A stretch of 64,000 nucleotides of DNA from Lepidodermella squamata (Eukaryota; Animalia; Gastrotricha), in assembly GCA_047495785.1 (NCBI GenBank), contig JBLDXI010000016.1:558001-622000 (forward strand). Direction: 5' to 3'. The notes under the pieces were generated by a model. It had not been told where the DNA came from and did no database searches. It was given only the letters and a program-made list of their open reading frames with translations. Below, in pieces: positions 1-12,522 of the stretch. Position numbers and translations under genes: made by a program. How positions within the stretch are numbered: position 1 is the first letter of the stretch; each line of letters opens with the position of its first letter.

Positions 1-37
1 AGGAAATTAAAATGAATGGATCGGAGCTGCTCCAGTG

Positions 38-1134
38 TCTCGACTAGCCGTTTCCAAGCCACCTGCCGGCTATACAATCAACCATCCAGACAGTTCGAGG
101 TTGTTTACAGCACGAGTGCAGAACTTGCAGACCTTCCCGGTAACCAAAGTTCATTTTCCCTATATCGCGCTCGCTCGCTACGCTCGCTCGCGCAAGAATA
201 TTTTAACAGAGTTCATGCCAGAAAACAAGGTTTCAGAACTTGAAAATCTCATTTGCGAGCGAAGCGAGCTTTAGCTTGCGCTTTTTTGGGCATTTTCAAG
301 CTGAAAATAGGTTTAGAAGGCGTTATAAAGGTGTTAGGAATCATGAAAAACTGGTGAACATTTTCAAGATTTCTTTGGAGGTTTTTAACACCCAAACTAC
401 CCAAACCAGTGTTTCTCAAACTGGGGGTCGCCTGATGATATTCATGAATCTTGAATATTGCGAAAATGGAAAGTATTGCCAAAGAGGTCTCTATTCACTG
501 GAATGGGCTCCCTATCCCGGAGGGTGATTGGCTCGTAAGAGAAGCGTTAAATGTGAGATTTGGAGGTGAAGCCGCGGCTTGGAATTTCAGAATGAATGAT
601 CAACGATCAAAATTCCGCTTCGTGTCAAATTTGGTGAATAAGATTAATAACAAACCAGGCAAGCTGTCATTCATGAAATGAAAACATCCATCTCGCCTGC
701 TATTTTGACAGAGACTTACGAATAAAATCGAGCGGAGCGAGAAATTTTTAGTTAATTTTTGTGTTAGGAACGCCGGGAAATGACAGGGAAAACCCAAATT
801 TTGTTGGAAAATGACTGGGAAATTAGTAGTTTTTTCTTCATTTTTCCCGGAAATTTCCCTACGGCGGGAAATTTCCCGGTAACCGGGTTACCCGATTTTG
901 CAAGTTCTGCACTCGTGGTTTACAGTGGTGATAAATTGACCGATCACGGATGATAAAAATGCACCGGTGGGTGGCAAAAATTTGCGCTACCGCATCAGGG
1001 CGCTGTATTAATTATTTCGCCGGTGCATTTTTATCATCGGTGATCGGTCAATTTATCATCAGTGTAAACAACCTTGAACTGTCTGTGTGGTTGCTTGTAT
1101 AGCCGGCAGGTGGCTTGGAAATGGCTAGTCGAGA
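38..1134. mobile_element. Fold-back (palindromic) MITE interrupted by a nested hAT element
   Basis: Left arm 38-110 plus 926-968 (tctcgactagcc...gtttacag / tggtgataaattgaccgatcac...gcaccgg) is the reverse complement of right arm 1020-1134; no clear TSD. Confidence 0.8.
111..917. mobile_element. Non-autonomous hAT-like element
   Basis: 19-bp perfect TIRs cacgagtgcagaacttgca (111-129; 899-917) and 8-bp TSD gtttacag (103-110; 918-925). Confidence 0.88.
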
Positions 1135-1328
1135 TGAAGTGAAAGTTTTTATTGCAGCTAGAAGTTTTGACCTCCGGTTCACATACTTCAAATTCGTCAG
1201 TAATTTGAAATCTTCAGGGTAGAAAATGATCGGATTTGCGATTCGCAACTGTCTCACTTTATTCAAAGTATCTTTAACTGACTCTCATGCGGCTCTCACA
1301 TCCGCAGAATAATGCATCATCGACTACT

Positions 1329-1672
1329 TTAAAGCTTCTGGTAGTGAGTCGAGCTTGGATCAATAGGTCTGGCCCTAATTGGTTTACATTCATTCGAAAG
1401 ATTACACCAATCCTTCTGCGGCCCGAAAACCACAAACGCCCTGCACCTCGCTATATCACTGCACTTTTTGGCACACTTGTCCAGGGGCGAAGAAAAAGAT
1501 ATACCTCCAAGGACTCCAGACAAACAATCCATTGAAACTTGCTTGTAACCAGAAGGAACTGAATGGAAATTAGTGGTCAACTATTAAAGTCGACGTTTAC
1601 AACTCCTATGAACTTGCCTTGAGATGCAGCTAGCCCGATGAACATAGCCAAGAAGAGAACTGACTTGAACAT
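1329..1672 (-). CDS. Small secreted single PAN/apple-domain-like protein (PAN1, ~94 aa, 2 exons)
   Basis: Exon1 1672-1618 encodes signal peptide MFKSVLFLAMFIGLAASQ; 59-nt GC-AG intron 1617-1559; exon2 1558-1329 VPSGYKQVSMDC...DKCAKKCSDIARCRAF...WCNLSNEC with 6 Cys and a PAN-type CxxxC-x5-CxAF motif; paralogous to 38428-38795. Confidence 0.75.
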
Positions 1673-1879
1673 GGTGTATGCAAACTTCCTCCAAAGCTAT
1701 GTATGAACTTTGACGAATAACAATCCCCTCTTCCCTGCTGCTTTATTCACAAGTCTTATCCTTATTGGTCTCATCTTCAGCTTTCAAGACATGAGCATTG
1801 TCGTACATCTCCTACCACACTGCGGGTGAGCCATCGACTTATAGATTTGTTCCAATAACTTTATTAATGAGTAAGTATT

Positions 1880-2204
1880 TCACAGCAGATTATTCTCGCC
1901 ATCAGTTAAGCAAATCGGTATGAGGTGGTAACACTGGCACCGTACGACCTGGTCACTCGAGTCCATGAACAGGCACGAATTCCGAGCCATGCAGCACTTG
2001 CCGCCTAGATATGCGCCGGCTGAAGGGAGCCCAGGCGGCCCTGGCGCTGCAGCCGTCTGCGATTGATGAACATCGCAACCAGCTGACGAAATCTTGCCAA
2101 CAGCCCTCGACCGTTCCGTGATCGCCCCAGCTAGAAACGGCACTCACCGATATGGCGATCAAAATAAAAGCAGTAAAATTGGCATATAACAAAGCTTTCA
2201 CCAT
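1880..2204 (-). other. Possible small secreted Cys-rich peptide gene or pseudogene (needs a frameshift)
   Basis: ORF 2204-1953 starts with a signal-like MVKALLYANFTAFILIAISVSA; overlapping frame 2143-1880 ends in Cys-rich GKCCMARNSC...RCQCYHLIPIC. No homology recognised. Confidence 0.25.
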
Positions 2205-2277
2205 AGCTTGGCCTAAAAAAAAGCATAAAAATTCAGAAATAACACATCCTAAAATGTTATGAATTCAGGGTGCTATC

Positions 2278-2400
2278 TTCGATCCCGGAGCTGCCAGGGA
2301 TGGTAAAAAATTTTCCCTGTATTTGCCAAAATGACTAGTTACTTATTTCAACGAGCGAAGATTTTCGAAGATTTTCGAAGAAAATGGAAGATTTTCCACT
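2278..2400 (+). repeat. Dispersed repeat family, copy 1 (others at ~14556-14645 and ~33453-33581)
   Basis: Shared core gga(t)tccggagctgccaggg...tgtatttgccaaa.tgactagt in three places. Confidence 0.65.
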
Positions 2401-3146
2401 AAATTACGCCCCAAAACCTCTCAAATTTGACAAAACAGTATGGGATGATAAATCCCCCTGAAATTCTCACACTGGATGAATTCCTATAACCGAGCCTCGT
2501 AACAAACAATGGCGCAAACTGTGAATCCTACTTTTATTTGCAATATGAAAATCAGTGAAACCAGTGAAAAGTGAATGAAACAAGGTGTGTAAGATGTGAA
2601 GTATATAAAGCTGCACATTTATTGTTTATTCTTTTTCTCCGTTGTTTTTGTAAAAAAATAGGCAGGGCTTTCGCTTTGCTGCACAGGTGTTGAGCGCATG
2701 AAAAACTTGGAATGAATGCGCCGGATCAGGATTGTGGCGAGGGGAGGAAATGCGAGCGCAGCAAAGCTTTTGTTTACGATCAGCTGCGCGCTTACGCTCC
2801 AATCGGTAGGTAACTCGAAAGTAAATAGACAACAAATTGTTTCAAACCAAAAATAAACACAAATATAATCGCCGTCTTCCAAGTTAACGGAGTATTTTAT
2901 CATCATTGCGGTGCAACAATGATAAATCCTTGACTTCCACCAGTGAAGTTCAACACCCTTACACACATTACACCAGTCATGTTACATAATAGCCCAAATT
3001 AACTCAATAACGTTCAATAACTGATGAAAAAGTCCCGAGCGAGATTGACACATAACAGCGGAACAACTCGAGCTGCATTATATAGCTGAATTTTGAGATT
3101 CACAGATTTTTCACCGAATTTTAACAGATCCTGCAAGGTATAATGC

Positions 3147-3577
3147 TGCTGTTGAGGCCCGAGTCCGAATTCGGCCCGAACGCGCTCCGTCGACCCGTAC
3201 GCAGACGGGTAACATTGATTCGCCGCTCCGCGCTCGGGCCGCTTTAAAACATGCCCGTATGCGACGAGCGACAATTACTGTAAATTTAAAAATTTCGAAA
3301 GAATCACGCTTCACCGCACACGGGCCAGCCAAGGTGTTGGCACGAGCACGGCGGAGAACGATGGGAACCACCGCTATTGCTTAGCGCCGTACTCGGGCCG
3401 CCGGCCTCGGGCCTCTGGAATCGGGCCGCCGGGCTTGGGTCATCCTACAACCAACGCACTACCCGATAACTTTATCAAGTCCAAGCCCAAACCCGGAGCG
3501 GTAAAGTGCTGTTACCCGACCGCATACTGGCCGGCCCGAACGCGTACGGGCCGAAATCGGGCTCGGGCCCCAACACT
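3147..3577. mobile_element. MITE with imperfect ~30-bp TIRs (hAT-like CAGTGTTG end) and ggcccg subterminal repeats
   Basis: ctgttgaggcccgagtccgaattcggcccg vs cgggccgaaatcgggctcgggccccaacactg. Confidence 0.6.
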
Positions 3578-4916
3578 GCCATTTGGATGACTCAAAATTG
3601 TTTGCCAGAATGTCTGAAAATAAGACTCGCGTCAAAAGTGATCAAGTCGAAAATTTGTCAGTGAATTTCTATGACTACCTTATGAGCTTGTAAAAGTGCC
3701 ATTTACAGCAATTTTCGACGTTTTTCATGTGAAATATGAGAAAATGAGGACTTAATTACAAATTTCACTGCTTCTGCTGCGTTTATTCCATTTCTCATCA
3801 GTCTCATCTACAGTTTTTCAGTCATAAGAAGCGTCATGGATCTTGCCCACTTCGAAGCCTTTTTGTAGAACACGTAATTACGTTTCGATTTTTCAACGAT
3901 TTTTCTGCATTTGTCGAGTAACCACTGTAGGGTCTACAAAAGTCGTCATCAGGTCTTGATAGCCTGAAAAGTGCTCTGTTATGCGCTAATCTGAAAGCCC
4001 GAAAATGGCCTTAAAACTGTATTTTGCGTTATTCTCACTAGGGCGGCGGAATATCAGTTCATTCCCATAATTCGGAATTTTTCGAGACTTTTTCACCCTA
4101 CTGTTTAGCATGCATAGAGTGAACTCGAATGGCATGCCTTCATCACTAATGCTGGCTGAAGAAAGTTCTAATGTCTAATGCCGTGATCAGCAATTGCCAT
4201 AGAAATTCACGCGAAAAATATGAGAAAATTTGAGAGAAGGCATTTTTGCTACCATTATTATTCTTGGTTTTTGTTTTGAAATGGCAAGCTGAATTTCTCC
4301 GCGGGTTATCGGTTTCAAGACACACGCGTTTTGCATTTACTAATGAATTCAAAATGTTCATTCAAGTTATTTATTTTGTCAGCTAATATTTCCACCCCAT
4401 CCAAAACCCCCATAAAATAACATATCCATCTATTTTCTACATGAATTTTGTTAGATAAAATATTCTTGCTTTCATCTTCAATCACTATTTTGTAGCCTTG
4501 TTTGCCCGACCTTTTGCCCGACCGACATGCTACCAAACGCTAAAAAGCGACTATGCTTCCCGAGGCTTATCTTTCATCGGGTATTTTATTTCCAAGTTCC
4601 TTTTAAACTTGGTCTGTTTTCTAACCAACTTTTTGCTGTTGCGCTCGTCAACGTAGTCGTTCCATCACATCTAACCTTCCTTCGCGAGTAATTCTTTTTT
4701 CGCCTCTGCATCTTTCCTATAGTTTTGTTGTCCCAAAAAGGCTTATAGTTCGCTTGAAGCTTTACTTGCCCGCCTTTTCCCAATCCAGTAAATTTTTGCC
4801 GTTTCCGACTCTAGCGTCTTTAATTGTCTCATCTATATAAGGGTAAGGTTACATAAATCTGCATAAAAAATTCCTGTTTTTTCAAACGCTTGTTATTCCA
4901 TAGCAATGCCGTTCTT

Positions 4917-5219
4917 CGGGTTCGTATTTTGACCACGAACAGTCAGAACCTATTCGAGTAAGCTCACAAAATCTCATGAGCCAATTCCTCACCGTTAGGG
5001 AGCCATCGTTGCTGAAAGTCAAAAAAGCAAAATTGTAAAATCGTTCGAGGGAGCCATGAATATAAATCTCAATAAAAGCTTCACTTCTGAACAATTTGCT
5101 GACTTTCGGCAACGATGGCTCCCTAACGGTGAGGAATTGGCTCATGAGATTTTGTGAGCTTACTCGAATTGTTCATGGTCAACTCTCGTCGAACTGTTCA
5201 TGGTCAAAATATGAGCCCG
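4917..5219. mobile_element. Fold-back MITE ~100 bp upstream of AGMO1
   Basis: ~70-bp near-perfect inverted repeat 4952-5021 / 5100-5169 plus outer arms 4917-4947 / 5193-5219; absent upstream of AGMO2. Confidence 0.75.
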
Positions 5220-5317
5220 GAGTAATTTTAAAAATTTATTCTTTTATTCTTTATTCTTGGTATTCAATCTCCTTCGCCTAAGTTGAAACACATTTTTCAG
5301 GCGTTAACTTTTAACAA

Positions 5318-7617
5318 ATGGCAAATCGGACATTGACAGCTGCTTCGGCATGGGAGAAATCCTTCCGCATTCGAGCGTTGTTTTATGCATTGACTCCCTA
5401 TGAATCATCACCACAAACGTTGAAAGCTGTTCCAGAGGTAATCAACTCCAGTATTCCTTACTTCCTGACTATGGTTCTTATCGAATTCGTTATCGTCTCA
5501 ATGCGGGGAAATAAGAAGGGCAAAAAAAGACTTGGAGCCTGCATTCAAGTCAACGATGCAGTTACATCAATTCTAACAGGACTCATGTCTCGTTTGCCGG
5601 AGTAAGTTTACTTATAAAGTATGCGTAATATTTTTTTTGCATCGCATTTTTTCAATAACTTTTCAACCATGAGGAACGTTTTAAAGTGGTTTTTACCAGT
5701 CGATAGATCTAGTCTGCGGTAAACTTTCCTCAAATTTTCATTTGAATTGGGTGCGAGAGAAAAAATTGGTGACGAAAATTCTGTCCGCGATTTTTATTGA
5801 AAATTCTCATTTTTGAAAAATGCTATTTTTGCATCTTATTTGGTCTGAATTGATTGTCTCTCTTGCCAGAGGCTTCAAGTTTTTTGAGAGGATGGTCCGT
5901 AATGGATCTACGTCACCGATTCCTGAAAAAACATTGTACAACCATCCAAAACTGAAGGCTTCATAAAATTGGCACAAATCATTCACAAAATTCCGAAAAT
6001 TCATTTCGGATCGCGGTTGGTGGATAAGACCTTCTTTGTGGCCGCTAAGTTGAATTTCCTTGTTGACAGCGCGTTATTGACCTAATTCCCTGCTAAAAAA
6101 AATTCCGATAAAGCCTTTTCAACAGGATGATGTCTTCCAACCTAAAATCCTGTAAAATGCCATTTTTCAAAAATGAGAATTTTCAATAAAAATCGCGGAC
6201 AGAATTTTCGTCACCAATTTTTTCTCTCGCACCCAATTCAAATGAAAATTTGAGGAAAGTTTACCGCAGACTAGATCTATCGACTGGTGAAAACCACTTT
6301 ATAACATTCCTCATGGTTGAAAAGTTATTGAAAAAATCATGCGATTCAAAAAAAATATTACGCATACTTTAGAATGTTTTCCTTTTCATAAAATAACTTC
6401 TCTTCTTTCTCAGTCTGTTTACTCACACGATTGAACTGGCATCCTACATTTGGTTCTATGAAAAGTTTCACATCTATGAAATGCCTTTGGATTCGCCTTG
6501 GACCTGGCTCGCAATGCTGATAGCTGTCGATTTCTGCTACTACTGGTTTCACAGAGCATCGCATGGTTTGTCAAATTTTCAATTTTATTAATCAGTTTTG
6601 GGGTTATCGGCTGAAGCTATATCTTGAATTATTTTTCACAGAACTGAATATTTTGTGGGCTTTTCATCAGACCCACCACTCGTCCGAGTTCTACATCCTC
6701 GCAACAGCCCTACGACAGGCAGCGATCCAAAAATACGGCTCATTTGTCTTCTACCTTCCTATCGCTCTGTTCATCCCACCGCCCATGTTCGCCATGCACA
6801 TTCAGCTCAATTTAATCTATCAGTTTTGGATACATACCGAAGCAATCGATCGACTGCCTCGTTTATTTGAGTTCTTCTTCAATACACCTAGCCATCACCG
6901 AGTTCATCACGGCCGGAATCCTTACTGCATCGACAAAAATTACGCAGGGTTTCTCATCATTTGGGATAGAATGTTCGGTATGGAGTTAATCTCGATATGA
7001 TAATTCAAGGCAATGAGATTTTTCACATTGTTTCAGGCACATTCGCTCCGGAGCGTGACGAAGAAAATGTTGTGTACGGCCTGGTTCACAACATCAAATC
7101 GTTCGACCCGTTCTACGTTCAATTCATGCATTTCCGCGACATTTGGCGGCGATTCAAACGCTCGCCTAGCCTCACATCACTTTTCTACGGCCCAGGCTAC
7201 AACTGGGAAAAGCCTCAATTCCGACTCGGTGATCCGGCCGATATACCTAAAATCGAACCGAACCCCGTCGTCTACAACCCACCCCTGCCTAAATGGGTTC
7301 AAATTTACTGTGCGATTCACGCTGCTTTGGCTGCTGTTTCGATCGGCCATGTGCTTGATTTGCCTGAGAGGCGTGATCCTATCGTTGCCTGGGCATGTGT
7401 CGCTCTCTTTGTCGCATCTGCCTCGTCTTTTGGTAACATTTTTAACCGACGAGAGTGGCTGGCACCGAAATTTGAAGTGATTCGATGCTTCGCCGTTGGA
7501 CTTTTGGCAAATTTCTTGACTGAAAACTGTGATATTCCCAACAGTTGTAATGTTGCTTTTGGTGTTCAAATTTTCTTTGGAGCATCCATAATCCCATGGT
7601 TGCTCTTTGCCATGTGA
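5318..7617 (+). CDS. AGMO: Alkylglycerol monooxygenase paralogue 1 (~450 aa, 4 exons)
   Basis: Exons 5318-5601, 6414-6565, 6642-6977, 7037-7617 join in frame via GT-AG introns; fatty-acid-hydroxylase His boxes HRASHE, HQTHH, HTE, HHRVHH and AGMO signature GRNPYCIDKNYAG..IWDRMFGTF. Confidence 0.93.
5617..6369. mobile_element. Tc1/mariner-like MITE (TA TSD, ~205-bp TIRs) in AGMO1 intron 1
   Basis: aagtatgcgtaat...ttttgaaaaatg inverted at 6160-6369; TA on both sides; AGMO2 intron 1 is the empty site; related copy at 29558-30283. Confidence 0.88.
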
Positions 7618-8288
7618 CGTAGATAGGACGCCGCACTAAGATTTTTTCGGACACAAAAACTAATGTCAGACTAATGAGAGGCAAGGTTCATCGTTTTAAA
7701 CTTAATGAGATGAATCATGTCACTATTTTCCACCCCAATATTTCCTGTGCTATTTCTGTGTAATTTTTTAGGAGATGCTGCCGTTATATCAGCTGAATTC
7801 ATCTCTAAAAATGCATCTCCTCTTGATAGCATCTCGGAAACCGCGCCAAAACTCTACTTTTTGCGATATATAAAACTTGAACTAATTTATTTTTAAATTT
7901 TAAATTTAGATTATTACAAATTCGAATTGAGCCCCAGCATTCTATTGTTTAAGGTTGACAAATATTTAGATTATTTATGAGCTGAAAAGTGAAGACGTCT
8001 TTTTGTCAGCCGGCGTGCTCTGAGTGCGGCATCCTATCTACGTGACCCCAGACGAAAATCAGTAGACCGAGAGCTCAGTAGATCGTACGTAGATCCAAAA
8101 GGCAAAATATTCGTCTGAAATAGCTGTTTTTTTGACCTATTGTCGATCTATTAGACTGGATCTACGGGCATCGATCCTGTGTAGGTCCAAATTTTACAAC
8201 TGGATCTACGTAGGGTCGAACCCATACGATCTATCCCAGTGTCAAATTTAGATCCAGCCATGGTCTACTTTTTTTCGACTGGGACATG
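7611..8288. mobile_element. P-superfamily-like MITE (CATG termini) inserted in the last codons of AGMO1
   Basis: TIR catgtgacgtagatagga..ccgcact; direct repeat gctctttgc at 7602-7610 and 8289-8297; a second family member lies at 40514-43482. Confidence 0.8.
8047..8283. mobile_element. CACTA/EnSpm-like MITE nested in the right TIR of the P-like element
   Basis: Ends cccagacgaaaa..gtagacc / ggtctac..ttcgactggg, 2-bp TSD AC, internal gatcta/tagatc repeats. Confidence 0.7.
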
Positions 8289-9286
8289 GCTCTTTGCAAT
8301 CCATAAGTGAGAAATCAGAATAAAGTTACAAAATTGTAGTTGTAGTTGTTATTAGTTAGCTCGTCAAATCGCGGGGGTAAACACGGAAAAATTGATTGAT
8401 ATGATAGCTCGTAAAACTACGGAAAATGCACGGCAAGGATCACGCAAAAACATAGTAAAAGTCACGTCGCTGCGGCAGTTTCAAGCCAATTTGCATTGTA
8501 ATTCGAAAACATACCTGGAAATTTCGAAAAATCAGACAATATTGATAGTTCCGAGATTTTTCTAATGATTTTCGTGGATTTCGTAAAACGTTCCATTTTA
8601 TAGTCCAAGGCAGATTCCGCACTGATACTCCGCACCTTCGGCACTATCGTTCAGTACGTTGCGCACCATCATTCGGCGCGCTTTTCGTGAAAAATCGTTT
8701 CATAAGAAAAATAACTGTATTCCCTTGATCAATACAAAATGAATGATAAATTAGTAAACGCCTTCAGGCCAACATCCCTCGTGATATCCATCAATGATAT
8801 ACACCCGTATAATATCGATGGGCCTACACGAGGATATTGATCGACAAGACAAAGCTACACTCGTCCCTCAACGTTAACGCTAAAAAAATGATAACAGCTA
8901 TAACCATTTACAAATGTATTTAGCACTACCTCATTCGACATCAGTTCGGCACCAATTCGGCGGAATGTACCGGGTGCGAATTCTATATATAGCACTAGTA
9001 TGATATAGCATTAGTAAAAAGCTGAACGGAGCCGGCCGAGAATTACGAATCGGAACGAGTCGAAGACGAGTGCAGATGAGTAAATCGAGTGCGGCGCGTT
9101 CAGATATAAACGATTCACGAGTGATGTATCGAAAAAATCGAATTGTCACAAGTACTCTTCCTATATTTTTTAGTGCAATTCGTTTGATAGATGGTGAATA
9201 GACGTCTTCAGCGGAATTTCTTTTCGAATTTACGTTTCGTCATTCGGCTTCTTGTATTCTCCTGGTAATGCCAGGCTGGCTTCACG

Positions 9287-9354
9287 AATATCGTACGTGA
9301 AGAAAAGTGAAGAAAAGCGGCCAGACCAAACTGCCATAATGATTGATATTTCGA
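9287..9354 (-). pseudogene. Relic of TM5 of a second copy of the divergent 809-aa GPCR
   Basis: gaatatcgta..tga.gaaaag and gaaaagcggccagaccaaac.gccat.atgattgatatttcga match 15661-15747, with an internal deletion. Confidence 0.7.
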
Positions 9355-9692
9355 TCCGCAAATATGATACAGCCTAATGATACATCCTGGAGAAGATAAT
9401 AGCTAAACATTTCGCAATACTGGAAGTCATTTCACCAAGCACTCATCCAGGACACTTGACCAAATCTGCTGCTTCATCATCAACGAAAACTAGAATTTGC
9501 TGGATGGTGCTGGATCTGTGCTGGATGAATGGATTGTGCCAGCGAATGGTGCTGGGCACATTATCACAGACTAGTGCTGGATATAGCTGTCATCGTTCAG
9601 CACAATTTGTCAAGCACCATCAAGCTCCATCCGCAGCACAATCCAGCACTAGCCTGCACGCGTGCTGGAAGATATCGAATATTTCGCTGCGG
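9355..9692. mobile_element. Degenerate MITE rich in tgctgga/tccagca subterminal repeats (related sequence ~13790-13990)
   Basis: Rough TIR ccgca..aaatat and clustered ccagca/tgctgg motifs; replaces the GPCR-A C-terminal tail. Confidence 0.5.
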
Positions 9693-9704
9693 ACGCTCTC
9701 TTCT

Positions 9705-11893
9705 TCAATATTGGAAGTGAAGAATCGTACTGACCGCCATTGATGTTACGAGAAGACAAACGGCGATAGACAATTCCTGAGCCCCACCGCTTGAAGTCAT
9801 GAATCCGATGGCGATCGATGCGATGAATATCGAAATACAAGCAACTAATGACAGCGAGATTCTTCTAACCTCAGGGTATCGTTTCGTGCTTTTTTTACCT
9901 CTGAGTCTGATAGCTGACAAAATTCCAACGAAAAGGAGAGCCAAGTTGTAGATCAGAGCAACGCCGATCCATATGGACCCCCATTTAGAGTAACACGTAG
10001 CAGCAATTGTCTTCAAATAAGCATCGGTAGATTCCTCATATCTGATGTCTCTAACTGACCATAAAATGTAAGGAGGGTCAACAACCGTCCAGATGATATA
10101 AAAGATAATGGCAATAGTTATTACGAATCCTGTTTTGAGGGGAACAAACTTGCGATTGTTCTTCATCTCAAGCGGGCCTTTCCTTGGATTGACTTTGCTT
10201 GAATTGGGGTTGAAAGCTTTTGAAAACTCGAATGCTTCGACGCTCAGAGAAGTGAAAAGTAGCGTGACTCCTGATATGACCAAGAAAAGAGATGCGCCAC
10301 AAATTCCGGTTGATTCATCGCGGCATTTGTTGATATCAAGATTGAAGATGCATCGAGCAAAAAAAAGCTTACTATAAAAATTGACTCTTTTTTGATCAGC
10401 CTGAAACAGAGGAATTTCGCCATCGCGATAAGATGGCAGCCTGACAAAATAGCGAGGATAACGAATCCAACTATCGAGTTTCCAGCTACTACGGCAATTT
10501 CATCAGCGGAATCTTTCGGAACAAACCCAGGAGCGAACGGTTTTATCGATGTGATGGCAAAAGAATTCGTATCGAATAGATTTGTCGAATTCTCTTTCAT
10601 GGTTACAGAATATCTAACAACCTGACCAATTCCGACTTGGTAATTAGTAAGCATTTGAGGTTCGGAGTCGAATTCCATCCTTTTCGAATAAGAAAACTGA
10701 CCAGTTCGCATGTTTCCATATGAAACTTCAGCCATACTTTTGTTTGCGATAGAGCTCACTACAACTGTGTATTTCTTGTAGTCCTTCAGGTTCATTCCCA
10801 TGGATTGGAGCTTGTTTTCAGTTGATTCGAGGGCCCGTACCGCAGCCATAGCTGCATCGTAGCATAAATGGCGATAAGCGTCCCCAGAAAGAGCAGTCCG
10901 GGCCTTCTCCGCCCAAATGCGCTCGAAAGCATTGTAGCTTAGACCCATTTCATTAATTCCATTGTTGGGCAGGATCAGAGGATCAGCAGGTCCTGAAACT
11001 ATAGTTCGAAGCAGTTGTTCAGTATACATCTCCGGCGTACACTTGGGCGGATAGGGTGATGGAAATGACGGGTCGGCATAGGCCAAGCTCGCGATGAAGA
11101 AAAGATATCTGTCGCCTCTCATTCCGAATCTGTGCAATTGGCAAAGGAAGATCGTGATAGACCGCCAATCACCAGCTTCCATGGAAAATACCCTAACAAC
11201 CGCGTCCTTCAGTGTTAGTATGAATTCATCGCTGAATTCGGTCACTGCCTCGAATTTTACAACGTCAAAGCCGTTTCGAACCAAAGCGTAATGAAAGAAG
11301 ATTGCAGACTCTGTGTTAAGCATATTTCCATTTAATATAGTCACAACAGCGATTTTGCGAATATTCGAGAATTTTTTCAAAAAATGAATTCGGGACAGAA
11401 GGCCGAATTCCGCAGGCGATCGGACGCGGTATAAATTTGGAAATAAATCTCGGCGTTGCGTTAGGCCTGGCGATGTGCAGGACGACGCTATTACAACCAT
11501 GTTTAACTGTTTTGCGATCGAGCCTAATGTTCTGCAACCCTCTGTAAAGATCGGTCCTATGACAACAGGGGACGGAAAAAAGTCTTGAACATTTTGCGAC
11601 TCAATGTAATCCCAGTAGAATTGAACGCCCTGCATAGCCGATCCAGCAGTTTTTGCGATTTCATCGCGATGATCGAGTTCAATGTGGTAATCTGGCAAAA
11701 TATCGCTCTTGTTGTTGACCAGCTCAATCGCCAAATCCTCTGCCTGCTGACAGCGAATGAAGTCCACGCCAGGGATGCCTGAATTAACTGGCAACACCGA
11801 CAGCATTCTCAATCGAAATGGCTTGGCAGCCAGGGTGAACTGCTCGAAAGAAAGCAGTAGCTTGAAAACTAGCCAGAAGTTAAGATTCATCAT
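9705..11893 (-). pseudogene. GABA-B-like class C GPCR copy A, frameshifted
   Basis: ORFs 11893-10244 and 10283-9705 are collinear with the 759-aa paralogue at 19872-22151; 1-bp deletion near 10314 (atgaatca vs atgaaatcg) and TGG>TGA at 9705-9707. Confidence 0.85.
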
Positions 11894-12522
11894 AGCCTAA
11901 ATAAGTACAACAGTAAAATACTTCGTTTTGCCCTGTTTAAAACTTATTTACTAGTATATGGAATGTCAAGCTCTAATTGAATTCTTTGAATTCAATTTAT
12001 AATTTCGTGATATAAGATACAAGTCTGCCGTGATTAGTCCAGATTTTCAGTAGAAAAAGTCAAAATTTTTGAACAAATTCGTTTGACTTGAAGCTCCTAT
12101 TTCCTAAAATTTAGAGGGCTCTCTGCCATCGGCCATTCGAGATGCTCGAGCTATACTCATTTTAACTCGCTGTGTCTTCTGTCCTTTCGCCTGGTTTGAA
12201 CTTTCTCAATTTCTCTTCAGCTGGAAACCGTCGCATGTATTTTCGCTATCGTCAGGTGACAGCCGGTTAATACCGGTCGCGCCTCTCTACCTGCTTTTCG
12301 TTTGCTATTATGCCGTCTGAGGTCAGGTCTCTTATTTCGCCGGAACACTGTCGCCTTTCCCTGAAAGCTTCTCGATGGACTTGCTTATTTACGTTGAGCC
12401 TGGCCGTTTCACTAGGAAATAAAGCAATTCCGAGCAGTGATTTACACCCGACGTATGAGCTAGTTAGAGGGAGATATGAGGGCTTATTAGCAGATTCATC
12501 ATTATTAGCTGTTATGAGAATG

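Noticed and set aside
35-1266. Similar short ORFs on opposite strands (35-274 / 1048-1266; likewise 4882-5145 / 5096-5281)
   Set aside because: Artefacts of MITE inverted repeats.
4146-4880. Possible degenerate RNase H-like or TE coding remnant on the minus strand
   Set aside because: Fragmented frames with no convincing catalytic motif.
9705-9707. TGA as recoded Trp or selenocysteine in GPCR-A
   Set aside because: TGA terminates other genes here normally, and the copy has an independent frameshift and a TE-disrupted tail.
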